From: Lingula anatina
Lineage: Eukaryota; Animalia; Brachiopoda
NCBI GenBank assembly: GCA_051362555.1
Contig: CM120640.1
Location: 1,426,001-1,490,000, forward strand
Reading direction: 5' to 3'
Length of the DNA: 64,000 bases
The notes under the pieces: generated by a model
Databases searched by the model: none
Seen by the model: only the letters and a program-made list of their open reading frames with translations
What the model was told of the DNA's origin: nothing
Shown here: positions 40,001 to 64,000 of the stretch, in pieces
How positions within the stretch are numbered: position 1 is the first letter of the stretch
Layout: every line of letters begins with the position of its first letter
Position numbers and translations under genes: made by a program

Positions 40001-43000
40001 CCACATCTTATTTGCAGTACTTAATAAATGTAATGTAAAGATACAGCCTTAAAAAACTTAAATCCTACTATTGTAACATTTGAATAATTCATATTTCTGG
40101 AACTACATACTGTGGTTGTTGCAGTAGCATCATATGCATCCTACACTACTAATGTCCAATTACTATAAGCACAGTGACAGAGCACAGCAAAATGACACAC
40201 ATGCAGCAAATAGCTTGGTAGCAGTTAGCTTTGTAATGTTATACGACACAAACTAGGGTCACTGAGTATGTAAAAGTTAAAAGACACTTCTTACCTGTTC
40301 CAGTTTGCTTGCCTTTCTTCTCCCCTCATGCTTCCTCATAGCACACAATGGATTACATAACAATATTAACACCAGCAAACAGAACACATTGAGTAGGAAA
40401 ACAGGGAAATAGAAAAAGGTCTAAACTACCCATGCAGAAGATACCCAGAGTACTAACACCAAGCCTCTGTCAATAAGTAAACTGAAACTTTTTCAATCCA
40501 TTGGTTTTTTGTTCCAAGGAAATTAAAAAAGGACAAAATATTTCTTTTAGCCATCATCTCAATTTTTTCAACACTATCAATGGGATGCATAGATGAATAT
40601 TTTTCCAGGAACTTTAAATACTTTTGTAAAAATATGTTCTATTTCTTGAAATTACAGTATCCACAATATCATTCAGCAATCCCACCTATTTCCAAAATTA
40701 AAACAGTTTCAAAAAAACTTCAGTTTACAAAATGAACTTTCCCATCTCCCAAACCTGACAGTATGATAACGTGAAATATGTGTTTGTGAAATTACCTGCA
40801 GCTGATTTAGTCCAGGGTAGGGATGAAATTTAAAGAAAGAAACAAAACAGAACATGAGAACAGGATACTATTATACCAAAAGATGTTCATTTTTTCATTA
40901 ATACTATGTTTTAGGTTAAATAATGGTGAACTGTGTTACATATCCTGTGTGTGGATAAAAATTCATTTATAATTGAATTTAATATATTATAAGGAAAACT
41001 ACACAAAAAGAGAATAGAACATGCACTGTATAAGACACCAAGCACCTGGTCCATAGGGGAAATAAGAAATTCAAGAATATATTTTTGCAAAAATAAATAA
41101 ATAAACGCATAATAAATAAAACTATCAATAAACTGATTTATCAATGAACAAAATAACAACATTAAATAATTCATCTTAAAATCAAGTTGCAGAAGTCATG
41201 TTGACGGCTTCATTCCCTGGCATTGCATGTCAGACACCAAGTAGAAGTGGGCAGTACACTGTCTTACTGGATAATAGGATAATATTTAGGGAAACAGGTG
41301 CCTGGCATAGATGTAATCACTCTGATAAGTCATATTTATAGAATTAATCAATCATTTATGTGGCAGGTACACATCAACTGTAGGTACATTTGTTTGGACC
41401 AAGAAATTCTGATCCATTTCGAAAACAGATTTTAAAGACAGCTGACATAATAGTACAAGCATCTGAGTACAAGTAAGGCCTGGGCTATTTATAATACACA
41501 TAAATGCTACATGTTTAGGTACTTGCAGATATCCTTTCATCTTAATAACAAATTTTCTGATAATAATATACAATCTATCCATTGCAACCACAATACACAG
41601 AAGGAAGCTTCAGATAAGAAAGACCCAGCATGAATATAGAAACCAATCAATAGATCAATGCAGATAACAATGAATTCCAAATATTCAATACCAAATAAAT
41701 GTATTTCAATTACTTACTAACAATATCCCCACATGGAAATTTGATTTATGATTATTGACAAAACAAACTATATGCATAATAAGTGGGACATATTCACAAA
41801 ACACTACCGACAGTTACATGCTTTTACATCAAAATAAAATCTGACAAGCAAATGGATGTAATTAACTTGCTTCTAGCAAGCCAGAAAATCACTGCAATAA
41901 CTGGTTTCTGGAAACATTGAGTGGAGGTGGGTTAACAGCAGGAATAAAGGGCAAAGATTCACCAATCTGATATGTGCACAGAGTGAAATAAGTGTTGATA
42001 CCAATGCCTTAAAGTTTGTAATAGAAAATTTGACCCTTTCAAGGAATCAAAATGAAAAAGATTTTCTGCGATGTTGTATTTCTATGGCTCAATTAATTTT
42101 GTCTGAAATTTGCTGAAATGAACTAAATGAAGTTAAAGAATACAGATTTAATATTAAAAGTGAGAGACTAACAGGGAAAGCTCAAAGCTCCAAGCCATAG
42201 GATAGACTTTGTAGACTAACCATCACATAAAGTCACAGCTGCAACAATGAAAGCGAGAAAAAAATAATACTTGAAGCTTATTTTGAATTTCAAGTTAAAG
42301 GAGAATATGTAATAATGTTAAAATGCTATTACTATTTTTGAATAAACTAAAAAGTAGAAAAAAATAACATATCAATCACTACTGGGATATCCCATATTTC
42401 ATTCATAAAATATTTGTCTTCATTAAAAACATTCAGACTGTAGTGGACAACCAAAGCCTGGTTTATCTGAGGGTTTTAAATTCTTCTAAGGTATGCAAAC
42501 TTTCATTTAATTTAGGTTCTCATAGAAGCTACAAATCCCCCTTTTCTGCAGACATACTTGACAGATTTTGGGGATTGGCTCCAGGCTGAGCTGAACCAGG
42601 GTGACCTTGGATAAGGTCAATATCAACTTTTGTCCTTCAGATAAAATAACTTTCCGGGCAAACATGATAAATGTGAAAATATGACTGAAAGAAATGCCAG
42701 TGGCAGGCATCAATGCGGCATGCTTTGCTGCTTTTTGTAAAATAATAAATGTATATTATTGAGCAACAAGATTAACATCAATTACAAATATGGAACAGAA
42801 AGGGGGATTTATGCTTATAAAAATAATAAAATAATGCTCATAATGCTCTGGGAAAATGGAAAACACTCCACTGTTCAGAATCAAAACCAGGTAACACAGG
42901 GCTCTATAGTTTTCCACCTTAGGTAGAGCATACAAACAGTAAAGCAGAAACAGTAGCTATATATTGCCTACCTGCCACAGCACAGGTAAATATATAATAT

Positions 43001-46000
43001 AGATGAATTCATACATACAGACTCATACAGCAGCACCACCTGAGACTGCTCACTATAATGATATCATTCCTAATTACCAGCAAGGTGCTTTATCTTAATA
43101 AAATGCAAATGGAGGCAGCAGCTTTCTTGCAATCTACTTGCCAAAGCAAAAACAGCTGGTTATTCAGATGATTTAAATGAAGTTCCACCTACAAATGCAG
43201 GTAAATAAACAATGACAGGCCATCCAAACAGAACTTGAATGTGGAAGACCTGACTGAACTTAACCTGGTGTGCCACTGCATAAGCCTGATGTACTGTAGA
43301 AAAGCTTAAAATCTACAAAGGTATTCTTACTGTCATTGTCATTCATCTCCATCCATTTTACACCGCCGCTGAAACAGAAAATAACAAAAATTAAACTCAG
43401 TACACCTTAATCAAGTTATGAAAACAGTTCATTTCAATCTATGCATGTCTGTGAGTGAGTAATTCTGCCCTATGTTCAGCTCTTTTCTCCTTAATTTCCA
43501 TTTCCTTCTATAATACATACGGTAATTCTCCAATCTATACGAACGCCGCAATAATTACGAACAAAACGTTTTTTCTCTGAATCTGAATTTTTTGTCTCCG
43601 TTCTGTACGAACGATCGCTAAACTCACCTTGGGCACAATTTAAATTTTCCGAACGCAAGAAAGTGTGCCCGATTGAAACTCGCCCCATGATTCGTCAAAG
43701 CGAGTTTTCAGACCACCGTTCCAAACAAAGGAACTGCCACTTGACAGGAGAGATTGTTATCATGTATTTGTGTTGTTTTTGAATGAGACGATAGGAGGAC
43801 TCAACCTGCCCGCCGTTAGCTACAGGCCAGTTTTAAAACCCTATTGTTATTTAGAAATTATTGAAAGCATCAGTACACATAAATTACTTACTGTTTATTA
43901 TCATTTCTTAACTTCTGCCGGCCGACTGGATCATCAGCATCCACCATCAGTGTTTCACCGATAACTGGTTTCTAGTAAAATCTATAAACTTGAAACCCAC
44001 GCACAACAGAAGAGTATGAGAAATCCATTGTCAATGATCGAGTTTTTCATTTGGTTTTGGTAGTCATCAGGAAATTATTTTTTTAAGAGGAGTTCTGTCT
44101 TGTATTGTATTTATTTTTCTAATTTGAGTTGTGGTTTTTGTTTGTTTGTTTGTTTGATTTTCCTTGTTTAAGACCTTGTCTCATGAACAACTATTAGGTA
44201 AACCTTACTGATATTAGTGATTGTGAAAAATGAAGGTGCCGTATGACCTTATAGAAATTTGCCTGCAGTTTTCTGTATTTTTCTAATTTAGTTTAAATTG
44301 ATTGCGTGCAAATTAATATGCTGTAAAAGACTTTCATAAATAGACTTGAATTGAGCTGATGTTATTTTTTATATCAAGTATAATCTCTATTAACGTTAGT
44401 GAAATCTACTGTGAGGAGTTTCAAGTATTTTGTTTTGGCGGGATAAATTTATGTAGGCCTAATGGGGGGGGGGGGGTGTGACATTATTAATATTGCAAAA
44501 TTTCTGTATGTGAAATCATATTAAAAATAAACACGCAATAAATAAAATATGCAACTGGATACGAAAATATTCTTGTCTGTTTTTGACAATAGTTGGGAAA
44601 AACGATGTTGTCCTGTCTTGGTTAAACATAACAGGGAAAAACGATGTTGTCTTGTCTTGGGAGAAATGTACCTCTTTAGTATGAAGAAATTGTTTTTTAA
44701 CTTGAATTCCCGACTTTTGTTTAGTTTGTTTTAATTCATTGCAATATCGCAAGAATAATTTGTTTGTGCTTTTAGCTGATCACAGTGATTTAATCTGAAA
44801 GTAATGCTTACACTTAGCAATGTAGGTAAGTGGAGATAACTTCAGGTACAGCCGTATTCCGTCCGTTTTTCAATGGTTACGAACGCGTGGCAATTTTTAG
44901 CAGACTGAATTTCAAGCCTTACGAACAAAATGATTATCTTCCAAAAATAATTAATTTAAAACGTTCGTATAGATTGGAGAATTACCGTATTACTACTTAT
45001 CACTGAATGGTGTCTGGAGCAGTCAGTATAACCATCATTTTATGTCATACTCACTACACAAAGTACGGGTATATAATACAATTATTAAGCTCATTAATTT
45101 AATATAAAAATCTAACAACATATGCATATAATCTAGGACATTGTATAGTATTTTATTGTATTGTATTGTATTATGGATGTCTGTCAGAAAACATTACTAT
45201 TACCACTGAAGGTAATGTATTATTTACTTATGGTGGTAGCTGGGAATACAGACCAAGACTGGCAACTTTCTATATTTAAATATTTAAGTACATCATTTCA
45301 ATTAAGCTAGAGACTTCTCTTCACCTGAGCAACTACAGCTTCAGGAAAACAGGCGTAATTTTCATATAAAAATTCTTGGTGGGTAGAAGTTAACTTTAAG
45401 TGCATCATTTATTCAACAGATTACTGATCTTCAGCCTCACAATCCAAATCATTATCTGGAAAATGTACATGAATGCGAATAGATAGCTTTTGGGTGGAAA
45501 TTTACTAATACATACATCATCCAAATCACTGTCTAGGAAATTACCCATTTCTTCAGCAAGCATGTGAGTAGGTAAACTTAGCCCCTGCCACTGTGTTTCT
45601 GCATGCTTTAGGACCACCATAGCTCCCAGGTCTCAGCAGGTGTTTCTACTGAGGATGGGCAGACCTACCTTAGAGTTTATTGTTAACTTACCTCATCAAG
45701 ACTGTAGCACACTCTGGCACACGGAACACCTAATAAAGTAATAAGTAAACCATTAGATGCTGTCTATTTATTTTCTTTATCATCTTTTTTTACCCCCCCC
45801 CCCCTTCCTCTTACATATTCTACTTTCATTTTACACTATATTAAACAGTTTGCACGTTCTAATTTTGCTGAACTTGAAATAGTCCCATACTTAATACAAC
45901 ACCCAAGAAAACACCTACAAATCAGGGTATGGCTAGGGTCAGGATACATAGCAAGTATACTTTAAACTGGAAACTTGAAAGCAACAATTCTTTTTATTTT

Positions 46001-47473
46001 ATTTATTTATTTATTCATTTATTTGGGGGGGGGGGGGGCAAATTGTTAATAGATAATTTTCAATAATGTGTGGAGGGTTACAAATACTTAATTGCAATAC
46101 TTACAAATCACATTTTTCAAATAGTGCTTGTTCTTCAAAGTCTAGGACACCAATTACTTTTAATTTTAATGAAGACTTTTACAGACCACATGTACTAGTA
46201 ACCACACCTAACTTCCCCATCAGACAACATATCCCACACTGCAATATCTCAAGGAGTCAGACTGGTTCTGGAGCTCATCACTCCAATATACTGAGGGGAA
46301 GTCTGATATGAGAAAGTGCTCAAACCAACTAAAACTGTTGTGGCAGTAACTTCAAGTACTACTACTAAATTCTTGGTCATTAGGGTGCATTCCCATAGAT
46401 TTTAGATCGATCTATCCCCGTGGGAAGTCTCACTAGATTACTGTCAGATAATCCGGCTTAAATGTCTGTCCCGCCTACTACAAGCTATAAGGGGGTAATT
46501 AACTTTCGTGTCCGCTCAGCTGACAGCTATTTAGCGTGAACCCCCAGGGAGTTAGGTCCATCTAGTTTGGATCGATCTAATCTCTGGGAATGGGGTCTTA
46601 GACTCAATATTTAGATTCCTAAAGCAAGTGGAGCACCTGTTAGCACCACTTTTAGACCCTGGACTCCTTTGGGAATCTAAAAAAATTATATAAACATTCC
46701 AACTCAGGGCAGAAGAATGTGAGGACTGTGTCTGGCAATAAATAATATTTATATATAACTGGGGGTATTCCACATATAACATCACAATGCACATTTGCTT
46801 ATTTCAGGTATATTGCAAATGTTTTTTCAACAAAGCACTGGAGAAATGGTGAAAAATGTCAATCATTTCCACTCTTTTGCCATAGTAAATAAACTTAAAA
46901 ACTACCCAAAATAAATAAATGAAATTAGATCGCTAAAATTTGACAAAGCCCTTTTGCCTTTCTGTTGATAATTTCCTCTTATTCCAAATATTAAAATACA
47001 TACTAGTACACAAATTTGGACAGAGGGAGAAAAAAAACATGCACGAAGACACGTAGGCACACACACATACACACAAATGCAGATCTCACCTTCCAGCCTA
47101 TAGTCTCAAAGAAGGAGCAGAGTCTTGACTGCCCAGTGGTCTTGCCTCCACATGGTCCTGAAAATTTAAAACATGGATAACTAGTTTTTCTATTCTATTT
47201 TTATCAAATTACAATATTTACTAGTATCCTGTTTTCAGCACCAGTCAGACATGATTTTTGGTTAAAGAAAAAAGAAAGGCCTGAGGCCTATTAAAGTGGA
47301 AAACAGATAATAAAAAAAAACAACAAATTTCCACTTTAAAATTCTATCAGACAAAAAAATAAAATAAGAAAAAAAAAAAAAAAAAAGGTCTGACCAGTTT
47401 AACTTAACAGTTCAATATAACAAGAATAAAGTGATGCAGGGGAGGGGGGTGACAATTGGATGATATTATTTAA

Positions 47474-47509
<36 letters not shown>

Positions 47510-50500
47510 TGTATGTATGTATGTATGTATGTATGTATCCAATACCACGTCTCTCTCTACACACCCTGAGCTTCAGAGATAACTTGACACTAACCTCTTC
47601 ACTATAGCCTATCTTCATCGTGTCAAGTTACCTCTGACCACATTCGATTGCCTCCGCCGCCCGCCAATCAAATTTAAAGCCCGCACTCAATGACTCATTG
47701 AACGATCTAGCCAATGAACGCGAACGAGTCAAAGCGCGCTTTGTTCAAATCCGGACCAATCAAAGATAAGGCTGAATATCAGGGACTTGCCGTAACCTGT
47801 GGGCAGCACGCAAAATACATCATCCCTCAGTAGATAATTATGCAGGGCATCAAACTGCTCTGGTTTCAATTCCGATATACTCCATGCTTTCTTTGTGCAC
47901 GGTTATGCACTCGGAACTACTCGGATGTCTCCGCACTCGACAATAACTATGTTGTTAGTATGGAGCTTGCGGAATCAGCCGAGGATTACCGATTGACGGT
48001 CAACCAATCAGCGTTTTCACCAAACTTTGGTGAAAAATTTTGAAACATGGATTCGATTGGCTTATATAAACTAGGTCAAACTATTTTCGTCAGAGGTAAC
48101 TTGACACGATGAAGATAGGCTATAGTTAAGAGGTTAGTGTCAAGTTATCTCTGAAGCTCAGGGTGCTCTCTACACCTCCCACTAGAACATTTATGTCACT
48201 AACAACATGCACCGATTCCTCACACGGATCAATAATATGCTTCCAGAAACTGGCTCTCCTGAATAATATCAAGACTAAGATCTATCTTACTATTATATGT
48301 GAAAGAATTTGCAGGGAAATCTAGGGATATAAATGGCTTCATCTGAAAATTGAGCTGCAATTCCTTGCTGTGAATCAGCTATCTGCATGACAACCATGCT
48401 GCTATATTCTTTTATCTAACAAGATCAATAGATGTAATAAGGAAATCAGTCTACATCAGCTCTGTTTGTAACCACACGAACGTCAACTTGATATCAGGCA
48501 TTGAATTTTTTTCTATTGGGCTATTATTTATCCCTTTTAAATTGATATGTGAGATCAAATCATCTCGTTTTTATTCATCAAATTCAAGAGGTATATTAAT
48601 GTGGGTAAGCTGGTATTTTGCAAAAAAAAAAAAAAAAGGATCCCTCACAATATCATTCTCATGTAAGATTTAAAAAGTAGGCACTTGGTTAAATTCTAAA
48701 TATTATATATTATATCAAAGTCATACCAGTATATCATATCTTGTGCATAATGGCACTCCAATGGAGCATCATTCTTACCAACAAGAATGAGCATTCATTT
48801 TGGGATCAATTCAATCAGAGCAAAATTGTTCATTAGCTTGGTGGTTGGATCATCTGATGAAGGCCTATGACCATATTGGCTGCAAGCCAACAGCAGGAAG
48901 AAAATGTTAGCTTGTGCTAAATAATTATCATCTACAATTTAGTCTGATTTGGCTAAAATGCTTGGTTTCCAGATTGGAGATTCTTCCATCCCTTGGCAAA
49001 GCTTTCAACAAGTCAGATCATCAAGATTTAAATAAACGCTCAAGTAAAACTGCCCCAGGAAAGGTGGCTGACCAAATTAACATTGATTATTTTCAGGTGC
49101 ACAAAGTAAGGAACTTTGGCATAAACATGTGTAAAGAAAAGTATTCACTAACATATCAAACATTTGCCATATTGCTGCGCACTTTTAGAATAAAATGTTG
49201 GTTTGGTTTAAAAGAAAAAAAATCTGAGACATCAGAGCCCAGGAGCTAACATAAAAATATGTAGGTGAGACTCAATGAACAAAATGTTGGGTTTAGTTTA
49301 AAAGAAGAAAAAAAACTAGGAAAAATTCAAGCCAGAAGCTAACACAGCAATATATAGACTTGTGAGTGTCTGCCAAGAATGGGTACTTGATGCACATACC
49401 CCCCACATCCTCTACACTTCTCTAGAAATAGAAATAACTTGGGAACACCTGAAAATGGTACAAAAACATTGTGCAGAAGTCTTCCACTAAGCACAGGTGG
49501 TGGGATGGTTCATGATATGCCATAATAAACTATGCTTGGGATCCTCATTATCACCTGAGCTCCGTCCAACCAAGATAAATCCAAAGACCGGAATTTAGTG
49601 AAAGTGCACTAAAACTATTCCACCTGAAGATGTACCAGGTTGAAAATAAACAAACTCTCATTGTTGTCGTCGTGGTCGTCTAAAACTTGTCAAACATTTT
49701 CAAAATAAACTGCCCATAGCAAACTAATGGCATCACTCTGCTGCAAAAACATCTCAGATATGTTGCAAAATAATGTGACAGTCACACACCTGGGTAACTT
49801 GAATTAAGCCTGCCAGAGTATCTATTACTGAGTTTAAAGAAATTAGTAATTATCAGATTTCCTTGGATATTTTCTAATAATAATAAAATTAAAAAAAAAA
49901 AAACCTGCTGTTCTCAAATACCCAGGTATTAAATGCCTTATGTCAATATCATAGCTATACCATGGCAGTTTATTCTTATTTTATATCTTTTTTATTTCAA
50001 AGCTTATCTTATAGACTTTAGAACAACGTAGCCCATAGACAGTTTTTTCTGCTCATAGTATAGACTTTCCCAGGGCCTCCCCAAGCTCTCTAACCCCAGC
50101 CAGGGCCTCCCCAAGCTCTCTAACCCCAGCCAGGGCATGCCTTGTCATAAATGTCAAGATTATTTATGAGAATTTTTCTTCATAACCATGAATTTAACAG
50201 TAAGCACATGGTCTACAGGTAAATACAAATCTAATGGAATGGAATCTACAGGTGAATTACCATATTATTACTGTTACATTACACTGAGATTATCTGGAGA
50301 AATCAGAACAGTTACTAGTAGGAGGAAGTTGTAGACAACTGTGAACAAGGCTAATGATGCTATTTGTGGACATTTGACTTATGCAGCCATTAATACTGTA
50401 AACTATGTTTTTAAATCTCACTCAGAGCTCTGAGCGAAATTGAGCTTTAAAAATATATTTCAGAACAGAATGCACACAAAGAAGCAGAAAAAACTTTGAG

Positions 50501-52324
50501 ACAAATGAGGCACTGAATTCATGGCCCTTGTTTCTTTTTACTAAAAATATTTGTGTATTTATTTTGGTCAAAGTTGTACAACTTCGTTTTGGTTAAGCAA
50601 AAATTGTGACATCTAAGCACAGCTGACAATCTGGATATATACTGTTTTAATGGATCTACCCAGCAAACACATTAACGTATTGTAACCACACCATAATATG
50701 TTACCACATCATAATATGTTACCAACATTTCTTGGTTATATAAACATTGTGGTATTGTTATAATAACTCTGCGTTTGCTGGGTACACAGGTACCACTAGG
50801 GTCCGTGCAGGATGCTATTAGGACAGAGAGTGCTGACCACTAACCTAAATTTAACCCATTATCTAATAGAACTATTTGATTTACATGTGTCTCTGTCACC
50901 ATCAGAATAAATGTTCCTGAAAGCCTGGATAAAATAAATGACCCCCTCATCAATGCCCCATGATACCATTAGCCTGGGTGCTGAATTTCTATAGAATGCC
51001 TAGTTAACTGCCTGCCTGCACATCAGCCCTATTGGGTTACCTATTAAATCATTCTCTAGCTCTGTCTCCATGGATAGGAGAAAAAAACATGAGCCATAAG
51101 CCACTTGAACCAGACGAGGCATTTTCCATCCTTTTCTCTGAGCTGAAAACTGGTCATGAACTTTCAAAACTATTCAAACAGCTGATTGAAAACTGCAATT
51201 GGTAAACCATTGCATAACAGGGAGTGTGAAATTTAAGTACAACCTCATTATTAACATAAATTCCTTTTATTGGATTTGTGATTAGCATTAAATGTCTGAC
51301 CCTGATCATTATGTTGCATTTTCCCTTTTGTAACATTTTCTTCTCCTTAAACTTTTAGCATTTATGTTGGCAATTTTAATTTAGAGAGATCAGAAAGTGG
51401 TATGCGGCTTTTGTTAGGTTCAAATTTTAATAACAGTTTAAAATTACATGAAGCGAAAGTTAGAGAGGCAAAAGTACTGTGAAATGGCAACATCTATAGT
51501 CTCAGCACCTGTTCATTAAGTCAAAGAAAATGATGGGGCAAGTAAGAATTATGCAAACAATACATAAAATTTGTGTATAACATAAGACTGATGTGAGGAA
51601 TAACTTTTTATACAGCATTCCACTTTATAGATAACATTTATTATCACCTGGGTGATGAAATATATTCCTTGGGAAATAATTTCCATTCCATTGTAGATAG
51701 TAAAGATTTAATGAAGGAGTCATTTGAAACCCATTCACTTTGAACAACAACCCTGTAATTTAAATATATTTTCTCAATCATTTATAACATCAAATTAATA
51801 ATTAATTTAAATTGTTACTAAATAAGAAATGGGTTTGTTAGCCTGCTAGAATCACGATTCTCATTCTTTTAAGCACAAAAATGTCAGCAAATCACGTTAT
51901 TTTCTGTAACATCTATATTTATGTAATATTATTCCAACATAATTTATTCATAAATAAACCAGCCTGCAACAAGGCATGGATGGCTAATTTTAGACATCAC
52001 CACAGACAACATTATTTATCACTCGTTACGGCTATTTAGTGTGTCATTTCATTTAACTACAGAAAAACACATTTTAACCCACTGTCTCAATCATATGGAG
52101 ATACATTTTTGTTTTATTATTCGGAACAGTAAAATAAACCCTTGCACCATTTATAATTAAGAATCATTTGCTCTGCCAGCGACTGGCCGGCGATTCTTTG
52201 CTTCACCACGTGGAAACATGACCTTGTTTATATTTGATTGCAAATAGCAATGTACATGAAACTCACCTCCCGTCAAAACCAGCTTAAAGACTTGGTTCTG
52301 GTTGACTCCCAGTTGATGTGACAT
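34040..52324 (-). CDS. ttd14: TRPL translocation defect protein 14-like (P-loop NTPase plus CYTH-like domain); exons 52324-52267, 47157-47090, 45729-45692, 43368-43331, 39619-39491, 38933-38861, 38566-38443, 38062-37985, 37741-37646, 35653-35557, 35259-35168, 34563-34448, 34319-34040
   Basis: Spliced translation: [19 protein letters not shown] (Walker A), [111 protein letters not shown]. All phases are consistent. Confidence 0.93.
35991..36374. mobile_element. Old Harbinger-like MITE; a similar element lies at ~15170-15445
   Basis: Imperfect TIR CTGTCATACCTGGCGTA / TACGCCAGGTTTGACAG flanked by TAA/TTA-like sequence. Confidence 0.5.
43520..44987. mobile_element. Non-autonomous Tc1/mariner/pogo-type element
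   Basis: Perfect 26-bp TIR CGGTAATTCTCCAATCTATACGAACG; TA on both flanks; no transposase recognised inside. Confidence 0.85.
46383..46597 (+). mobile_element. PIF/Harbinger (Tourist-like) MITE, copy 2
   Basis: TTA TSD; interior homologous to 19465-19676. Confidence 0.8.
47481..47538. repeat. (ATGT)n microsatellite
   Basis: Directly visible. Confidence 0.95.
47562..48165. mobile_element. MITE with ~77-bp TIRs and 9-bp TSD (Mutator-like)
   Basis: TIR CACCCTGAGCTTCAGAGATAACTTGACAC...GTTACCTCTGAC, near-perfect at both ends; TSD CTCTCTACA at 47553-47561 and 48166-48174. Confidence 0.9.
50071..50136. repeat. Perfect 30-bp tandem duplication
   Basis: AGGGCCTCCCCAAGCTCTCTAACCCCAGCC repeated twice. 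Confidence 0.9.
50659..50782. mobile_element. Small MITE with CCCAGCAAAC termini and TA TSD (CACTA/EnSpm-like)
   Basis: TA-CCCAGCAAAC...GTTTGCTGGG-TA; internal short tandem repeats. Confidence 0.7.
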
Positions 52325-52752
52325 GGTGACAAAACTGTCGGTTTTTGAACTATTTCACAACCTTGCCATAAATATCGCGCGAATATTCCGATCACAACAT
52401 GCGTCAGTTTTCGCATGCGTCGTACGTCATCAATTTTTATTGCAACATGGCCGGTGATAGGCTCCTAACTATGCCGCATAAATATAAGCTATAAAATATA
52501 ACTTTTAATTTATTACATTAAGGGAACATATTATTTATGTTTAAAAGACTCATCAAAGGTAATATCAAGATGATTTTTAGCTTTTCGTTCGATTTAAAGG
52601 AAGAAAACATCGACTTCCTGCCACAAACATTCTATCCAATGAACAGCCTTGGCACAAAATTTCTGAAGACAAGACAAGTCAATGAAAAAGAAAAACTGTC
52701 AAAATATTGAAAAAACCGGCATGCAGTCGGCCGATTAGAGTAATCGTATTTT
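52325..52752. promoter_or_regulatory. Bidirectional promoter between ttd14 and TRIM37
   Basis: Divergent ATGs separated by 428 bp; CpG-rich patch with TCGCGCGA, CGCATGCG and TACGTCA, YY1-like CAACATGGCC, and ETS-like ACTTCCTG. Confidence 0.8.
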
Positions 52753-63789
<11,037 letters not shown>

Positions 63790-64000
63790 GTAAGACAGTG
63801 CACAGCAATTGAATAGCAAAAAATTAGCATGTTTGAGCGAGTGCATGCTTGAACGCATGTGTAGTTCTGTTTTATGGGATCAAGTGTTCTGTATGAAACA
63901 ATTTGCTGCTATGTCAATCAAATGGTGTTTAAGGAAATTGTTATGTTTTGGAATTTGTGTATGAAAATGCCTGTCTGCCACCTTATATAACCTGTATGTT

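Noticed and set aside
40295-40345. Purine-rich minus-strand exon candidate with a gtaaga donor in a ttd14 intron
   Set aside because: There is a stop codon in the frame needed to join the next exon, and no clear acceptor.

Overview
Intron-rich, AT-rich animal genomic DNA. The repeat types suggest a lophotrochozoan, probably a mollusc (inference). Spliced genes reconstructed by hand from GT-AG boundaries and reading-frame continuity: (1) an unidentified 135-aa secreted-protein gene (+, 12096-15056); (2) NUDT9-like ADP-ribose pyrophosphatase (+, 20507-25285); (3) TTD14-like P-loop/CYTH protein (-, 34040-52324); (4) TRIM37 (+, from 52753, running off the window), head-to-head with TTD14. Mobile DNA: a full-length RTE-clade LINE (3067-6927) with a twin-priming 5' inversion, an 11-bp TSD and a nested solo LTR; a decayed Tc1 transposon; a ~6-kb Helentron-type satellite array; and many MITEs. 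The most striking item is the RTE. It begins with a tRNA-Pro-derived Pol III promoter (A and B boxes), carries a highly structured 5' leader ending in a pseudoknot just before the ATG, and showed no TTTT run on its sense strand in a manual scan. This suggests an autonomous LINE lineage transcribed by Pol III and translated without a cap. All coordinates were read by eye and may be off by a few nt.
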